DNA of 63,173 bases, filler included, from Octopus bimaculoides (lineage: Eukaryota): the NCBI RefSeq assembly GCF_001194135.2. It is 4 parts of 3 records of this genome, joined end to end, with 100 filler letters (N's around TTAATTAATTAA, not from the genome) between each part and the next. Parts side by side here need not be neighbours in the genome. Positions count along the whole stretch, not along the records: positions 1 to 30,873 come from NC_068986.1; 3 more parts are not named here. The stretch is one strand, 5' to 3'. The position numbers were made by a program, and so were the translations under genes. Under the pieces are notes generated by a model that was not told where the DNA came from, ran no database searches, and saw nothing but the letters and a program-made list of their open reading frames with translations. This document shows positions 13,044 to 24,494 of the stretch, one piece after another. Every line of letters starts with the position of its first letter. Position 1 is the stretch's first letter.

Positions 13044-13258
13044 GTCTTTGCGCAGCTTCTAACGCTAGAGATGTTCTACGGTGTCAGTTGTTCACTACCA
13101 GTGAACTAAAGTAACACTCCTTATTTTTCGAGTACCAACCTGAGTATTCGAGTGGTTCCAAGCAGTGCTGCCCACCCTTATTGCAGCCCCTATTTGTTCC
13201 ATGTACTTCTCAAGATTTTTCCCAGGGCTCCGACGATTATTGGTATTACTATCACCTT
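13044..13258 (-). mobile_element. R4/Dong-type LINE, 5'-truncated 3' end
   Basis: KVIVIPIIVGALGKNLEKYMEQIG...LLGTTRIL plus 3'UTR, flanked on both sides by (AAT/AAC)n arrays. Confidence 0.8.
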
Positions 13259-13275
13259 TATTATTATTGTTGTTG

Positions 13276-13307
<32 letters not shown>

Positions 13308-13331
13308 GGTGGTGGTGGTGTTGTTCTTCTT

Positions 13332-13556
13332 AAGGCAGTGAGTTGGCAGAATCGTTACTGCACCGGATAAAATGCTTGGCGGCATTTCGTCCGTTTTTAC
13401 ATTCTGAGTTCAAATGCCACCGAAGTCGACTTTACCTTTCATCATTCCGAGGTTGATAAAATAAGTACTAGTTGAGTCTTGGGGTCGATGTATTCGATTT
13501 ACTCCCTACTCCCAAAATTGTTGGCCTTGTGCCAAAATTTGAAACCATTATTATTA

Positions 13557-13600
<44 letters not shown>
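13332..13600 (+). mobile_element. SINE family B with (ATT)n tail
   Basis: aaggcagtgagttggcagaatcg...aagtcgactttacctttcatcattccgaggttgataaaataagtac...ggggtcgatg...ttgaaacc(att)n. Confidence 0.9.
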
Positions 13601-13603
<3 letters not shown>

Positions 13604-13742
13604 AATTCCGTTGAGGTTGGCTTTGCCTCTCATTATTCCGGGGGCGATAAAATAAGTATCAGTTGATGTAATTGACTCATTCTCTTCCCCTAAAACTGCT
13701 GCCTTTGTGGCAAAATTTGAAACCACTGTTATTATTATTATT
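13601..13742 (+). mobile_element. SINE family B, 5'-truncated
   Basis: tcaaattccgttgaggttggctttgcctctcattattccgggggcgataaaataagtatc...ttgaaaccactgttattatt. Confidence 0.8.
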
Positions 13743-13897
13743 GCATTTGCACAGCTTCTAACGCTGGAGATGTACTACGATGTCAGCTATTCACTACCAG
13801 TGAACTAAGGTAACACCTCTTATTTTTCGAGGACTTTCCGGAGTATTCGAGCAGTTCCAAGCAGTGCTGTTTTCTGCAAGTGCTCCACCTTTATTGC
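13743..13897 (-). mobile_element. R4/Dong-type LINE 3' tip
   Basis: AIKVEHLQKTALLGTARILRKVLEK* plus the same 3'UTR as 13044-13258. Confidence 0.8.
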
Positions 13898-14050
13898 GCT
13901 GTGCACAACAGGCTACTTGGAGTCATAAGTGAGAGTCGAGCTTTTGTTGTGAACTAGTGATCATCATACATGCTCTTGGCATGCGACAGATGGTGAACAG
14001 AAGTGCTATCACTAACAAATAGCCCATAGATTATTATTATTATTATTATT

Positions 14051-15642
14051 CAGTAGTTTTATTTTTATCACGTGCTTTCACTTTACTACCGAGCGCAGCT
14101 CTGTGTGCCTTGGGTATGTGCTGTGGTTTGCTGTGATGCTCTTATGGTTACTGTATTGAAAGTGTTTTGCGTAGGATGTGTGCAGTGCCCAGTAGTGCAA
14201 TTTTCTGTATGTTATATACATTTGTAAGTCCTGGTGTTTTTTTATGTATTTGTCTGAATATTTTTTTTAATATACCTAAGGCACCTACNNNNNNNNNNNN
14301 NNNNNNNNNNNNNNNNNNNNNNNNNNNNNNNNNNNNNNNNNNNNNNNNNNNNNNNNNNNNNNNNNNNNNNNNNNNNNNNNNNNNNNNNNNNNNNNNNNNN
14401 NNNNNNNNNNNNNNNNNNNNNNNNNNNNNNNNNNNNNNNNNNNNNNNNNNNNNNNNNNNNNNNNNNNNNNNNNNNNNNNNNNNNNNNNNNNNNNNNNNNN
14501 NNNNNNNNNNNNNNNNNNNNNNNNNNNNNNNNNNNNNNNNNNNNNNNNNNNNNNNNNNNNNNNNNNNNNNNNNNNNNNNNNNNNNNNNNNNNNNNNNNNN
14601 NNNNNNNNNNNNNNNNNNNNNNNNNNNNNNNNNNNNNNNNNNNNNNNNNNNNNNNNNNNNNNNNNNNNNNNNNNNNNNNNNNNNNNNNNNNNNNNNNNNN
14701 NNNNNNNNNNNNNNNNNNNNNNNNNNNNNNNNNNNNNNNNNNNNNNNNNNNNNNNNNNNNNNNNNNNNNNNNNNNNNNNNNNNNNNNNNNNNNNNNNNNN
14801 NNNNNNNNNNNNNNNNNNNNNNNNNNNNNNNNNNNNNNNNNNNNNNNNNNNNNNNNNNNNNNNNNNNNNNNNNNNNNNNNNNNNNNNNNNNNNNNNNNNN
14901 NNNNNNNNNNNNNNNNNNNNNNNNNNNNNNNNNNNNNNNNNNNNNNNNNNNNNNNNNNNNNNNNNNNNNNNNNNNNNNNNNNNNNNNNNNNNNNNNNNNN
15001 NNNNNNNNNNNNNNNNNNNNNNNNNNNNNNNNNNNNNNNNNNNNNNNNNNNNNTTTATAATAGTTTTCCAGCTGTATAAGACCCCTGCCACCTTCTGTGC
15101 GTTGTATATATAGCCTTTGTATGTCAGATTTTGGGTGGTGCATCCTCTATCCTGTCATTATTTTTCTTGTTTTCCTGTCTATTTTAGATAGTTCGTTTAG
15201 TGTCCTGTTAAGGATATTGTAGCTGTAACTTATAACTGGGACAGCTAAAGTGTTAATACCTATTATCTTATTTTTAGCATTGAGCTCTGTTTTTAGTATT
15301 GATCTAACTCGTCTATAGTACTCTTTCTTTATTTTTTCTTTCATTTGTGCGTGTTGTATCCTATCTAATTCATTGACTCCTAAATATTTATATGGTTGGC
15401 TTTCGTCTAGTTCTGTTATTTCATTGGCTTTATCTGCTGTGATGTTGCTACTCTTAACTAATTTTCCTCTTTTCAGGGTTGCTTTGGCACATTTTTCTAA
15501 TCCGAATTTCATATCTATTCCTTGGTAAAGCCATGTACTGTCTGTAGTAGTGTTTCCAGCTCTTTCTCATTTCTAGCGTATAATTTTAGGTCATCCATAT
15601 ATAAAAGGTGGCTGACTGTTTTGCCGTAACATTTGTATCCGC
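14051..15642 (-). mobile_element. R4/Dong-type LINE, 5'-truncated (RT to RLE), partly in a gap
   Basis: VSHLLYMDDLKLYA, MKFGLEKCA, YKYLGV, INTLAVPVISYS, HHPKSDIQRLYIQRTEGGRGLIQLE, VGALG...QKIALLGTAHILRKTLSIQ*. (TTA)n arrays flank both ends. Confidence 0.92.
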
Positions 15643-15709
<67 letters not shown>

Positions 15710-16437
15710 GTTCTGTTGTATCGCAAAATTTATAGTTTATCTGCTTTATTTAAACTTCCTATATATAACGTATTTCCCTGTGCACAGTGCGTCCAATGCC
15801 ACATTTTCTGATATATCCATTTTAAAGGCAATAAAGTGAGATTTAAAGAAGAATTGTTGTTATTTCTAGAAGACTGACAGGTCGTGTAGAAGATTCCCTC
15901 TTTGAACCGAAGACAAAATTTCTGTATCTTTTTATGGTAAAAATAATGGCTATAGTTGATGATAGTATTTGAACAACTTGTTATAAGCATTTAACGATAG
16001 CTCTACAGGAGCAAGACTGGACTGAAACTAAATACCATTTAGGACGAGAAGCGAGTTTCACGTCTCCGATTTGCGAACGGAAAATAAAGCATGGAAGACA
16101 TTTGGAGAATAGTAAGAGCAATGAAAACAAATATCGAATTCTGCCTGGATGACATTTGCCCACAATTTTGGCCACAAAGGATCTTACTGAATGATTCGTA
16201 CACCCCTTAGGGCAAGTGTAAGTGTGTCAAAACAAGTTTTTAATAAATAATTTAGAACATTGACGGAGAAGAAAGAGAAAGAATAAGAGTAAGTGAGACA
16301 TAAAGATAAAGGAAGTAAAAAAAAAGGTGGGAAAAGGAAGAGGAGGAAGTGGAGAAGGAAGAAGAATGATGCGGTGGTGGAGAATGGAGAAGAGGATAAA
16401 AATGTAAGGAAGGAAAGACGGAAAAAAGGCATGAAAC

Positions 16438-16479
16438 GAAGAAGAAGAAGAAGAAGAAGAAGAAGAAGAAGAAGAAGAA

Positions 16480-16514
<35 letters not shown>

Positions 16515-16558
16515 GGAGGAGGAGCAGGAGCAGGAGGAGCAGGAGCAGGAGCAGGAGC
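16438..16558. repeat. (GAA)n / (GAGCAG)n purine tract
   Basis: About 21 GAA units followed by GGA/GCA repeats. Confidence 0.9.
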
Positions 16559-17001
16559 GATGCGATAGAAAAATATTTGATAAAAATAAATAAATAGTGA
16601 AGATGAAATAATAAATAATAAATAATAAATAATAAATAAAGTGGCAGATAGAAAAAAACTACAGAAAGGACACATCATTTAGAAATACAGTGGATACACC
16701 GACAGCGACTATAGTTTACAAACACATAGATATACACACTCACATACACTCGCACACATACACACACATATACGTACACACGCATACACTTACATATATA
16801 AATACATACATACATGCATACATACATACATACATACATACATACATACATACATACATACATACATACATACATACACATAGTTGTTGCTTTGATTGAT
16901 TTTGTGGTTTATCTTAAATATCTTTCTAATGTTCTGTTTGTTTCAAGTTTTATCCGAAGATAGAAAATATGAAACGCAGAGTAATGCATATTATATATAT
17001 A

Positions 17002-17516
17002 CAGGGGTTGGACAAAATAATGGCAACACCTAGCATCATAGCATCATAATTTTGAAATATCGATAAAACTCTCAAAAGCTTGTTTACTTTTATGTTTTTT
17101 TATTTATTATTAGTGTAAAATTGTTAAAACTGCTGTTTCCTTTCAGATATCATCAGAAAAAGGTAATTAAAATTCATTAAAATGACAGATCTATCGAACT
17201 TTCAAAGAGGTCAAATTGTTGGTGCTCGTATGACAGGTACTAGCTTAACGAAAACAACCAAAATGTTTGATGCATCAAGAAGTACTGTCTCGAAAGTAAT
17301 GACAGCCTTTGAGAAAGAGGGAAAAACCTCCTCATCGAAACAAAACTCTGGAAGAAAACCAAAACTTTCAGATAGGGACCGTTGGACTCTTACCCCAATT
17401 GTTACAAAGGATCACAAAAGTACAGCTCCCAAAATTACTGCAGAGCTTAATGAACACCTTGAGAACCCAGTTTCCACAAAAACTGTTTGCCGGGAGCTGC
17501 ACAAAGCTGGATTTCA
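17002..17516 (+). mobile_element. Tc1 element 5' half (same family as 53284-54542)
   Basis: TA|CAGGGGTTGGACAAAATAATGG TIR. ORF from 17182 MTDLSNFQRGQIVGAR...SGRKPKLSDRD...TVCRELHKAGFH, truncated at a Penelope fragment. Confidence 0.92.
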
Positions 17517-18190
17517 CTATCAGAACGCTCACGTGTGCATCGACAACAGATTAAAAACCCAGAGGTCCGCCAACTACCACTGAGTAACCATCTGGCAACA
17601 TGTGGTCGTGAAACTTTTGATAATCCATTCCATAAACTTTACAACCTGAATGAAATTGAGAGAAAATGCAAAGAAAAGGACTTTATTAAGAAATTCAAAC
17701 CCACTCTTAACAAACAATGATTAAATTAATCTTACTTGGGGTTTAAAAATCTTATCCCTATAACTAAAACACAAAAAAATCTGTCAAATGTCATCATTTC
17801 TAAAAATAAACTTAGCATCATCTCTAAAAATAGCCAAACACCTACTGCTGCTGTCCAAAGGAATATGTATAAAAGACAAAAGAACAGCAAGTCTACTACA
17901 GTACATCTGTCAGACGGGACCTTGATGACTGCCATGAGGCAGAAAAGTATACTAGTCCTTATACATTTTATACTCTATATTTAATACTCAATATTTCATA
18001 TATTCAATAAGACATTCAATACTTCATTTAATTTTACTATTTATATTATATATTCCATATTCTATATCCCATATTAATTTTATAAGAATATAAATAAAAC
18101 ATAAAAGACAGACAGAGTTGGAACTCTTTTAAATAATATATTCCTCTATACACGATCATACAAAACCCTTTTTTATATTTTTTTTTATTC
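17517..18190 (+). mobile_element. Penelope-like element 3' end (GIY-YIG C-terminus plus pLTR)
   Basis: LSERSRVHRQQIKNPEVRQLPLSNHLATC...ERKCKEKDFIKKFKPTLNKQ* (stop 17720) fits the PLE RxxEH...E..FI..FKPxLN pattern. A hammerhead-like motif follows at 17917-17958. Confidence 0.75.
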
Positions 18191-18221
<31 letters not shown>

Positions 18222-18924
18222 NNNNNNNNNNNNNNNNNNNNNNNNNNNNNNNNNNNNNNNNNNNNNNNNNNNNNNNNNNNNNNNNNNNNNNNNNNNNNNN
18301 NNNNNNNNNNNNNNNNNNNNNNNNNNNNNNNNNNNNNNNNNNNNNNNNNNNNNNNNNNNNNNNNNNNNNNNNNNNNNNNNNNNNNNNNNNNNNNNNNNNN
18401 NNNNNNNNNNNNNNNNNNNNNNNNNNNNNNNNNNNNNNNNNNNNNNNNNNNNNNNNNNNNNNNNNNNNNNNNNNNNNNNNNNNNNNNNNNNNNNNNNNNN
18501 NNNNNNNNNNNNNNNNNNNNNNNNNNNNNNNNNNNNNNNNNNNNNNNNNNNNNNNNNNNNNNNNNNNNNNNNNNNNNNNNNNNNNNNNNNNNNNNNNNNN
18601 NNNNNNNNNNNNNNNNNNNNNNNNNNNNNNNNNNNNNNNNNNNNNNNNNNNNNNNNNNNNNNNNNNNNNNNNNNNNNNNNNNNNNGAGGAGGAGGAGGAG
18701 GGGGATTGATTGATTATCATAATACATGCTTGAAATTCAGCTTTCGTTGGTGATTCTGAAAGGTTGTTTTCAGAATTGACATTTATAATAAATTCTAGGA
18801 TGTGTGTTTGTTTACAATACCTTCATGGGTTTTGCCATTCAGAATTCTTTCTCTACATCTTATTTGACCCTATCTCTACGCCTGCTTGTCTGTCTATCTG
18901 CCTGATGTCTGTTTCTCTCTCTTT

Positions 18925-18958
<34 letters not shown>

Positions 18959-19249
18959 AACACGGATGCACACACATTTACGTGTTTTATGTGTATGAGT
19001 GTATATGTATACGTGTGTGCGTATATATATATATCTTCGAAACGTCAGGTTAGAATAGAGACAGCTGATGAAGGAATATTCCAAGTGGTTTTCCGTTTTC
19101 CTATGTGTTCGTTCCGTTGTCTGTAGTTCATTGTTCTAACGTCCTGTACCCTGATATGCATATATATACACATGTAGATGTAAGTATGTACATATATGTG
19201 TGTATACATGTATATATATTCTTTGTATTATATATATATATATATATAC

Positions 19250-19283
<34 letters not shown>

Positions 19284-19820
19284 NNNNNNNNNNNNNNNNN
19301 NNNNNNNNNNNNNNNNNNNNNNNNNNNNNNNNNNNNNNNNNNNNNNNNNNNNNNNNNNNNNNNNNNNNNNNNNNNNNNNNNNNNNNNNNNNNNNNNNNNN
19401 NNNNNNNNNNNNNNNNNNNNNNNNNNNNNNNNNNNNNNNNNNNNNNNNNNNNNNNNNNNNNNNNNNNNNNNNNNNNNNNNNNNNNNNNNNNNNNNNNNNN
19501 NNNNNNNNNNNNNNNNNNNNNNNNNNNNNNNATGGAATGCTGCTAAGCCTTTTGTCCGTAAATATTGCAATGAAAAATCCTTTGAGAGAGAAGTCGAAGG
19601 CTGCTCGTTGGACACAAACCCACAGGCGGCCTCCAACTTTTTCTTTCCAAAAGGGATTTTTCAACCCAATTTTTACCTACTATTATTAATAGCTTTATGT
19701 GCTTCGTGATCCGCAATTCCAAAAATGAATCATATCACGTTTTCACGGAAGTTTACAAATTCCTATGATGTCAACACACACACACACACACACACGCACA
19801 TAAATTATATATATATATAC

Positions 19821-19865
<45 letters not shown>

Positions 19866-19879
19866 CACAGATACACACA

Positions 19880-20036
19880 CAACAGCTTCTTTCAGTTTCC
19901 GTCTATCAAATCCACTCACAAGGCTCTGGTCAGCCCGAGGCTATAGTAGAAGACACTTGCCCAAGGTGCCACGCAGTAGGACTAAACACGAAACCATGTG
20001 GTTGGGAAGCAAGCTTCAAACCACACAACTACCTGC
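19880..20036 (-). mobile_element. SINE family A, 5' module
   Basis: cagcttctttcagtttccgtctatcaaatccactcacaaggc...gacacttgcccaaggtgccacgcag...catgtggttgggaagc. Confidence 0.9.
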
Positions 20037-20408
20037 ATGAATGTAGGCACAGTGTGGCCGAATGGTTAAGAAATTCGCTTCACAGTCATGAGCTTGAACA
20101 AATTATATTTTTTATCACGTTCGGCCCTTAACTTGTGAGTGAAATTGAGTAAACGGAAACTGTATAGATAACTCCCGGGTCGGTTGTAGCGACAATTCCT
20201 AAAGATGCAACTTTATGATTCTGAAAATTACATTAAGAGTACACGTGTCTGTGGAATCCTCATTCGGGAGAAGATAACCTCAAAAGATCAAACGATTGAA
20301 TCCTCATCGTCAAAAGACGAAGATCCACCACTACCATATAGACATATGTGTGCGTATGTCTGTGTGTGTGAGTGTGTGTGGGTGGTGGATATATAAGATT
20401 ATATATAA

Positions 20409-20487
<79 letters not shown>

Positions 20488-20511
20488 CTCATACACGTAT
20501 ATTATATATTC

Positions 20512-20893
20512 TTTTACTCCTTTACTTGTTTCAGTCATTTGACTGCGGCCATGCTGGAGCACCGCCTTTAGTCGAATAGATCGACTGCAGGACTTATTCT
20601 TTGTAAGCCTAATACTTATTCTATCGGTCCATTTTGCCGAGCCGCTAAGTTACAGGAGCGTAAACACACCAACATCGGTTCTCAAGCGATGGGAGGAGGT
20701 GGAGAAACACAGACACACAAATATATATACGACGGGTTTCTTTGAGTTTCCGTCTACGAAATCCACTCACAAGGCTTTCGTTGGCCCGAGACTATAGCAA
20801 AAGACACTTGCCCTAGGTGCCACGCAGTGAGACTCAACCCGGAACTATGTGGTTGGGAAGCAAGCTTCTTACCACACAGCCACCCCTGCGCCT
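20512..20893 (-). mobile_element. SINE family A, full length (short internal microsatellite)
   Basis: Both modules are contiguous: tRNA-like head aggcgcaggggtggctgtgtggtaag, ccttgggc-type box, short TA/GT linker, 3' module and aagtaaaggagtaaaa tail. Confidence 0.92.
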
Positions 20894-20988
20894 AAATATA
20901 TATATACATGTGTGTGTGTGTGTATGTATATATATATATATTTACGTTTGTATATGTGTGTATATGCATGCATCGTAATTTGAATCTA

Positions 20989-21022
<34 letters not shown>

Positions 21023-21129
21023 AATGGAACAAAAGCATATAGCGCCCGGCAACAGGTATCAAATGAGAATCAGATTGACATTAAATGTGTGTATGTTTAC
21101 GTGTATGTATATGTATGCATGTATATATA

Positions 21130-21169
<40 letters not shown>

Positions 21170-21524
21170 NNNNNNNNNNNNNNNNNNNNNNNNNNNNNNN
21201 NNNNNNNNNNNNNNNNNNNNGTAAAGTTTCCTTTGTTTTATACTAATGTTTATGTTGTTGAAAGAGTGAAACCAATACGTCTTCGTATTAGGTCTGTGAA
21301 AACGGGAGAGAATATTTTATGATAATGAGAATCTCTAAAGAAGGTACGTAACAGTAATTTGTGTGGAGGGGTGAATTCGATAACATTAAACCCAGTTTGT
21401 GACTGGTACTCTATTTTATCGATTCCAGAGTTAACTTCGACTGAATTTGAACTCAGATCGGTATGACTACGATTCTGCCAACCCACTAAATCTTTTCTCC
21501 CCCACCCCACTTTCGCGAGCGCGC

Positions 21525-21564
<40 letters not shown>

Positions 21565-21825
21565 GTTTAGAGTAAGTTGTTTTACACCTATTACACTATT
21601 TTTCTTTTGTTTCTTGGCTCTGGTGAGGTGACTCGGAACATTCACGATGTGAATTTTCCGAGTCCTCTCCCCCACCCCCGTTCGCGAGCACGCATTTTTT
21701 TTCCTATTCGTTTAGGGCAAGTCGTTTTACACCTATTACACTATTTTTCTTTTGGTTTTTTTTTTGCTCGGGTCATACGCTTTAGTTTAACCAATTTTTT
21801 ATAGTTATAATCACACACATGCATT

Positions 21826-21856
<31 letters not shown>

Positions 21857-22026
21857 TGCATTTCACAGTTATGTCTGTTTGGCAAATGAATTGATGTAAT
21901 AATAAATTTTAAAATAAACAGGAAGGAAAAGGCATCTGATAGAAGAAGAGAAACTAAAAGGAAAATGATATAAAATATGACAATGCGTGAGTAACAACGA
22001 ATGTTATGAAAACATATAACACTTAC

Positions 22027-22093
22027 CACGTATTAGTCCAAAGCTGGTAAATACAATAAAAACCAAAAGATATTCCACACTGTGCCACGACAT
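22027..22093 (-). CDS. Putative first coding exon of a secreted or membrane protein (signal peptide MSWHSVEYLLVFIVFTSFGLIR-G)
   Basis: ATG at 22093 with A at -3, in-frame upstream TAA at 22142-22144, hydrophobic core, and consensus donor G|GTAAGT at 22026 (phase 1). Lies in non-repeat sequence. Confidence 0.55.
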
Positions 22094-23412
22094 CGTGTAA
22101 GAACAACTGACTTGAAGGCAATTTTTGCTTAATTCACCAACTTATTTACATGCACCGACTCGCATTGAAATATTTGTCTTTTTCTTGCCCCTGTGGCGAA
22201 ATTTTCTTTTAAGGAAGAAGAAACGAAGGGTTATGACTGAACTGAATTTAACTCTCTTCTTTCTCTTTCTCTCTCCCTCTCACCCGTTATCTCTGTCCCT
22301 GTATTGTCTATACTATATACATGAGTTTTATTTTGTAAGCACCGAAAGGAAGGCGAAATGTCTTTGGATGTTTTGGGGGATTTTGTGAGCGAGTGAGTGA
22401 GTGAGTGAGTGAGTGAGTGAGTGAGTTGGGAGCGTTAGTAGTGATGGTGGTTTTCGTAGATGAGGTATTAGTGCGGCGGTAATGGTAGAGTGTTGTTATT
22501 GTCGACGGTGTTGCTGGCTGTAGAGATGGTAACGGTGGTTGTGGGGGGAGGAGAGTAGAGACGGAGAACGAGATAAAGAGAGGCGGGGCGATAGAGAGAG
22601 TATGGAAGAGGAGTTGTTGCGATGTAAGAAGAAAGAATTAGAGGGAAGGGAGGAGGAGGAGGAGGAGGAGGAGGAGATGATGGAATGGAAAGGAAAGAAC
22701 AGGGTGGGAGCAAGGAAAAGAAGAGAAATACTGCAACGTATGGGCAGCTGAGAGAAAGGTCGAAGAAGTGTAAATAGGCACGAAGACGCAAGTTAGATTT
22801 TGGCGTCGTGTACAAGGTCTTAACTTTGGGAGGAAAATAAATAAAACAACAAATAAGTACAAAAAATTAATAAAATGCCGACATCCGCCAGAATGGGACT
22901 GCTGAACTAGTTGTGGGAATGGGACGTAAGTAAATATGAGAGTGTGTGAGTGCAAGTATGTATGTATGTATGTATGTATGTATGTATGTATGTATGTATG
23001 TATGTATGTATGTTTGTATGTATGTATGTATGTATGTATGTATGTATATGTGCGTTTGTGTGTGCGTGTGGTTCGTTGAGCGTTTCTGTCTACACAAGTA
23101 TGTACGTGTGTTATGTGTTCTATATATTTGTATCCATCTATGCTTTTACCTAAACTGCATGTAACAGTGAATGTCTCAGTGTGCATTTGGTAGAATAAGT
23201 AGAATAATGGACTGAGAACTAGAGCATTTGGCTTTGTCTTTTTACTACATGTTTTCAGATAAAATTCCAACGTGACATTGTCTTTTTATAAATTTCGGGT
23301 TCGATTATATCATATAATTACCATACACCGACTATAGTTTACAAACACATAGATATTTATTTATACATATGTATGTATATATATGTGTATATATATAAAT
23401 ACATACGTATAC

Positions 23413-23455
<43 letters not shown>

Positions 23456-23963
23456 TANNNNNNNNNNNNNNNNNNNNNNNNNNNNNNNNNNNNNNNNNNN
23501 NNNNNNNNNNNNNNNNNNNNNNNNNNNNNNNNNNNNNNNNNNNNNNNNNNNNNNNNNNNNNNNNNNNNNNNNNNNNNNNNNNNNNNNNNNNNNNNNNNNN
23601 NNNNNNNNNNNNNNNNNNNNNNNNNNNNNNNNNNNNNNNNNNNNNNNNNNNNNNNNNNNNNNNNNNNNNNNNNNNNNNNNNNNNNNNNNNNNAAATCTGA
23701 GAGCTATTTGAACTTGTAAAGGCTTTTTATTGCAGTTTATCGAGGAGAAAAATACTCTTTATTCAAACAAAAAGGTATTAGAACACCGTTGTCAGTTCAG
23801 ATCGCACATCTATTTGACTGATGGATGCACTTGAACTCTTTAGTTCTCTTCAGCAGCAGATACCAAGAGAAGCAACTCTGACCTGACTAGAAAGCTTTGC
23901 TTCTTTTATTGTTAATCTGTCAATATTACTTACTGAAAATAAATAAATAAATGAGTAAATAAA

Positions 23964-24162
23964 TCAGGCGGTGACTTGGCAGAATCGTTAGTATGCTGGG
24001 CAAAATGCTTAGCGGCATTTCGCCTGTATTTATGTTCTGAGTTCAAATATCCGGCGGTCGACTTTCCAGGGTCGATATATAAAATAAGTTCCAGTTGAGC
24101 ACCGGGGTCCAAGTAATCGACTTACCCTCTACCCCAAAATTTTGTACCAAAATTTGAAACCA
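23964..24162 (+). mobile_element. SINE family B
   Basis: caggcggtgacttggcagaatcg...gttctgagttcaaat...ggtcgactttccagggtcgat...ttgaaacc. Confidence 0.85.
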
Positions 24163-24178
24163 ATATTACTTACTGAAA

Positions 24179-24392
24179 AGGACGGCGAGCTAGGAGAATC
24201 GTTACCACGCCAGAAAAAATGCTTAGCGGCATTTCTTCTGAATTTACATGCTGAGTTCACATCTACCGAGATCGACTTTGCCTTTCATCCTTTCTGGGTT
24301 GATAAAATAAGTACCAGTTGAACACGGGGGTCGATGTAATCGACTTATCCCGTCCTCTGAAATTGCTGGCCTTGAGCCAAAATTTGAAATCA
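24179..24392 (+). mobile_element. SINE family B (tandem to the previous copy)
   Basis: aggacggcgagctaggagaatcg...gatcgactttgcctttcatcctttctgggttgataaaataagtacc...ggggtcgatgtaatcgact...ttgaaatc. Confidence 0.88.
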
Positions 24393-24494
24393 ATAGTACT
24401 TACTGACAACTCGTACTGGGCGCCGGACCAGAACAAATTTGTGAGTCGGTCTACGAAACCATGACGGAAAGAAAACAAGCCATTGACCAATTCA

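Noticed and set aside
16707-16733. 27-bp exact match gactatagtttacaaacacatagatat shared with 23330-23356
   Set aside because: Both copies precede microsatellites. Most likely remnants of a small dispersed repeat, with no functional evidence.
19035-19090. cttcgaaacgtcag...ctgatgaaggaatattcc hammerhead-like words
   Set aside because: The order is permuted and stem I cannot pair (a/g at 1.1/2.1), so no complete fold is possible.
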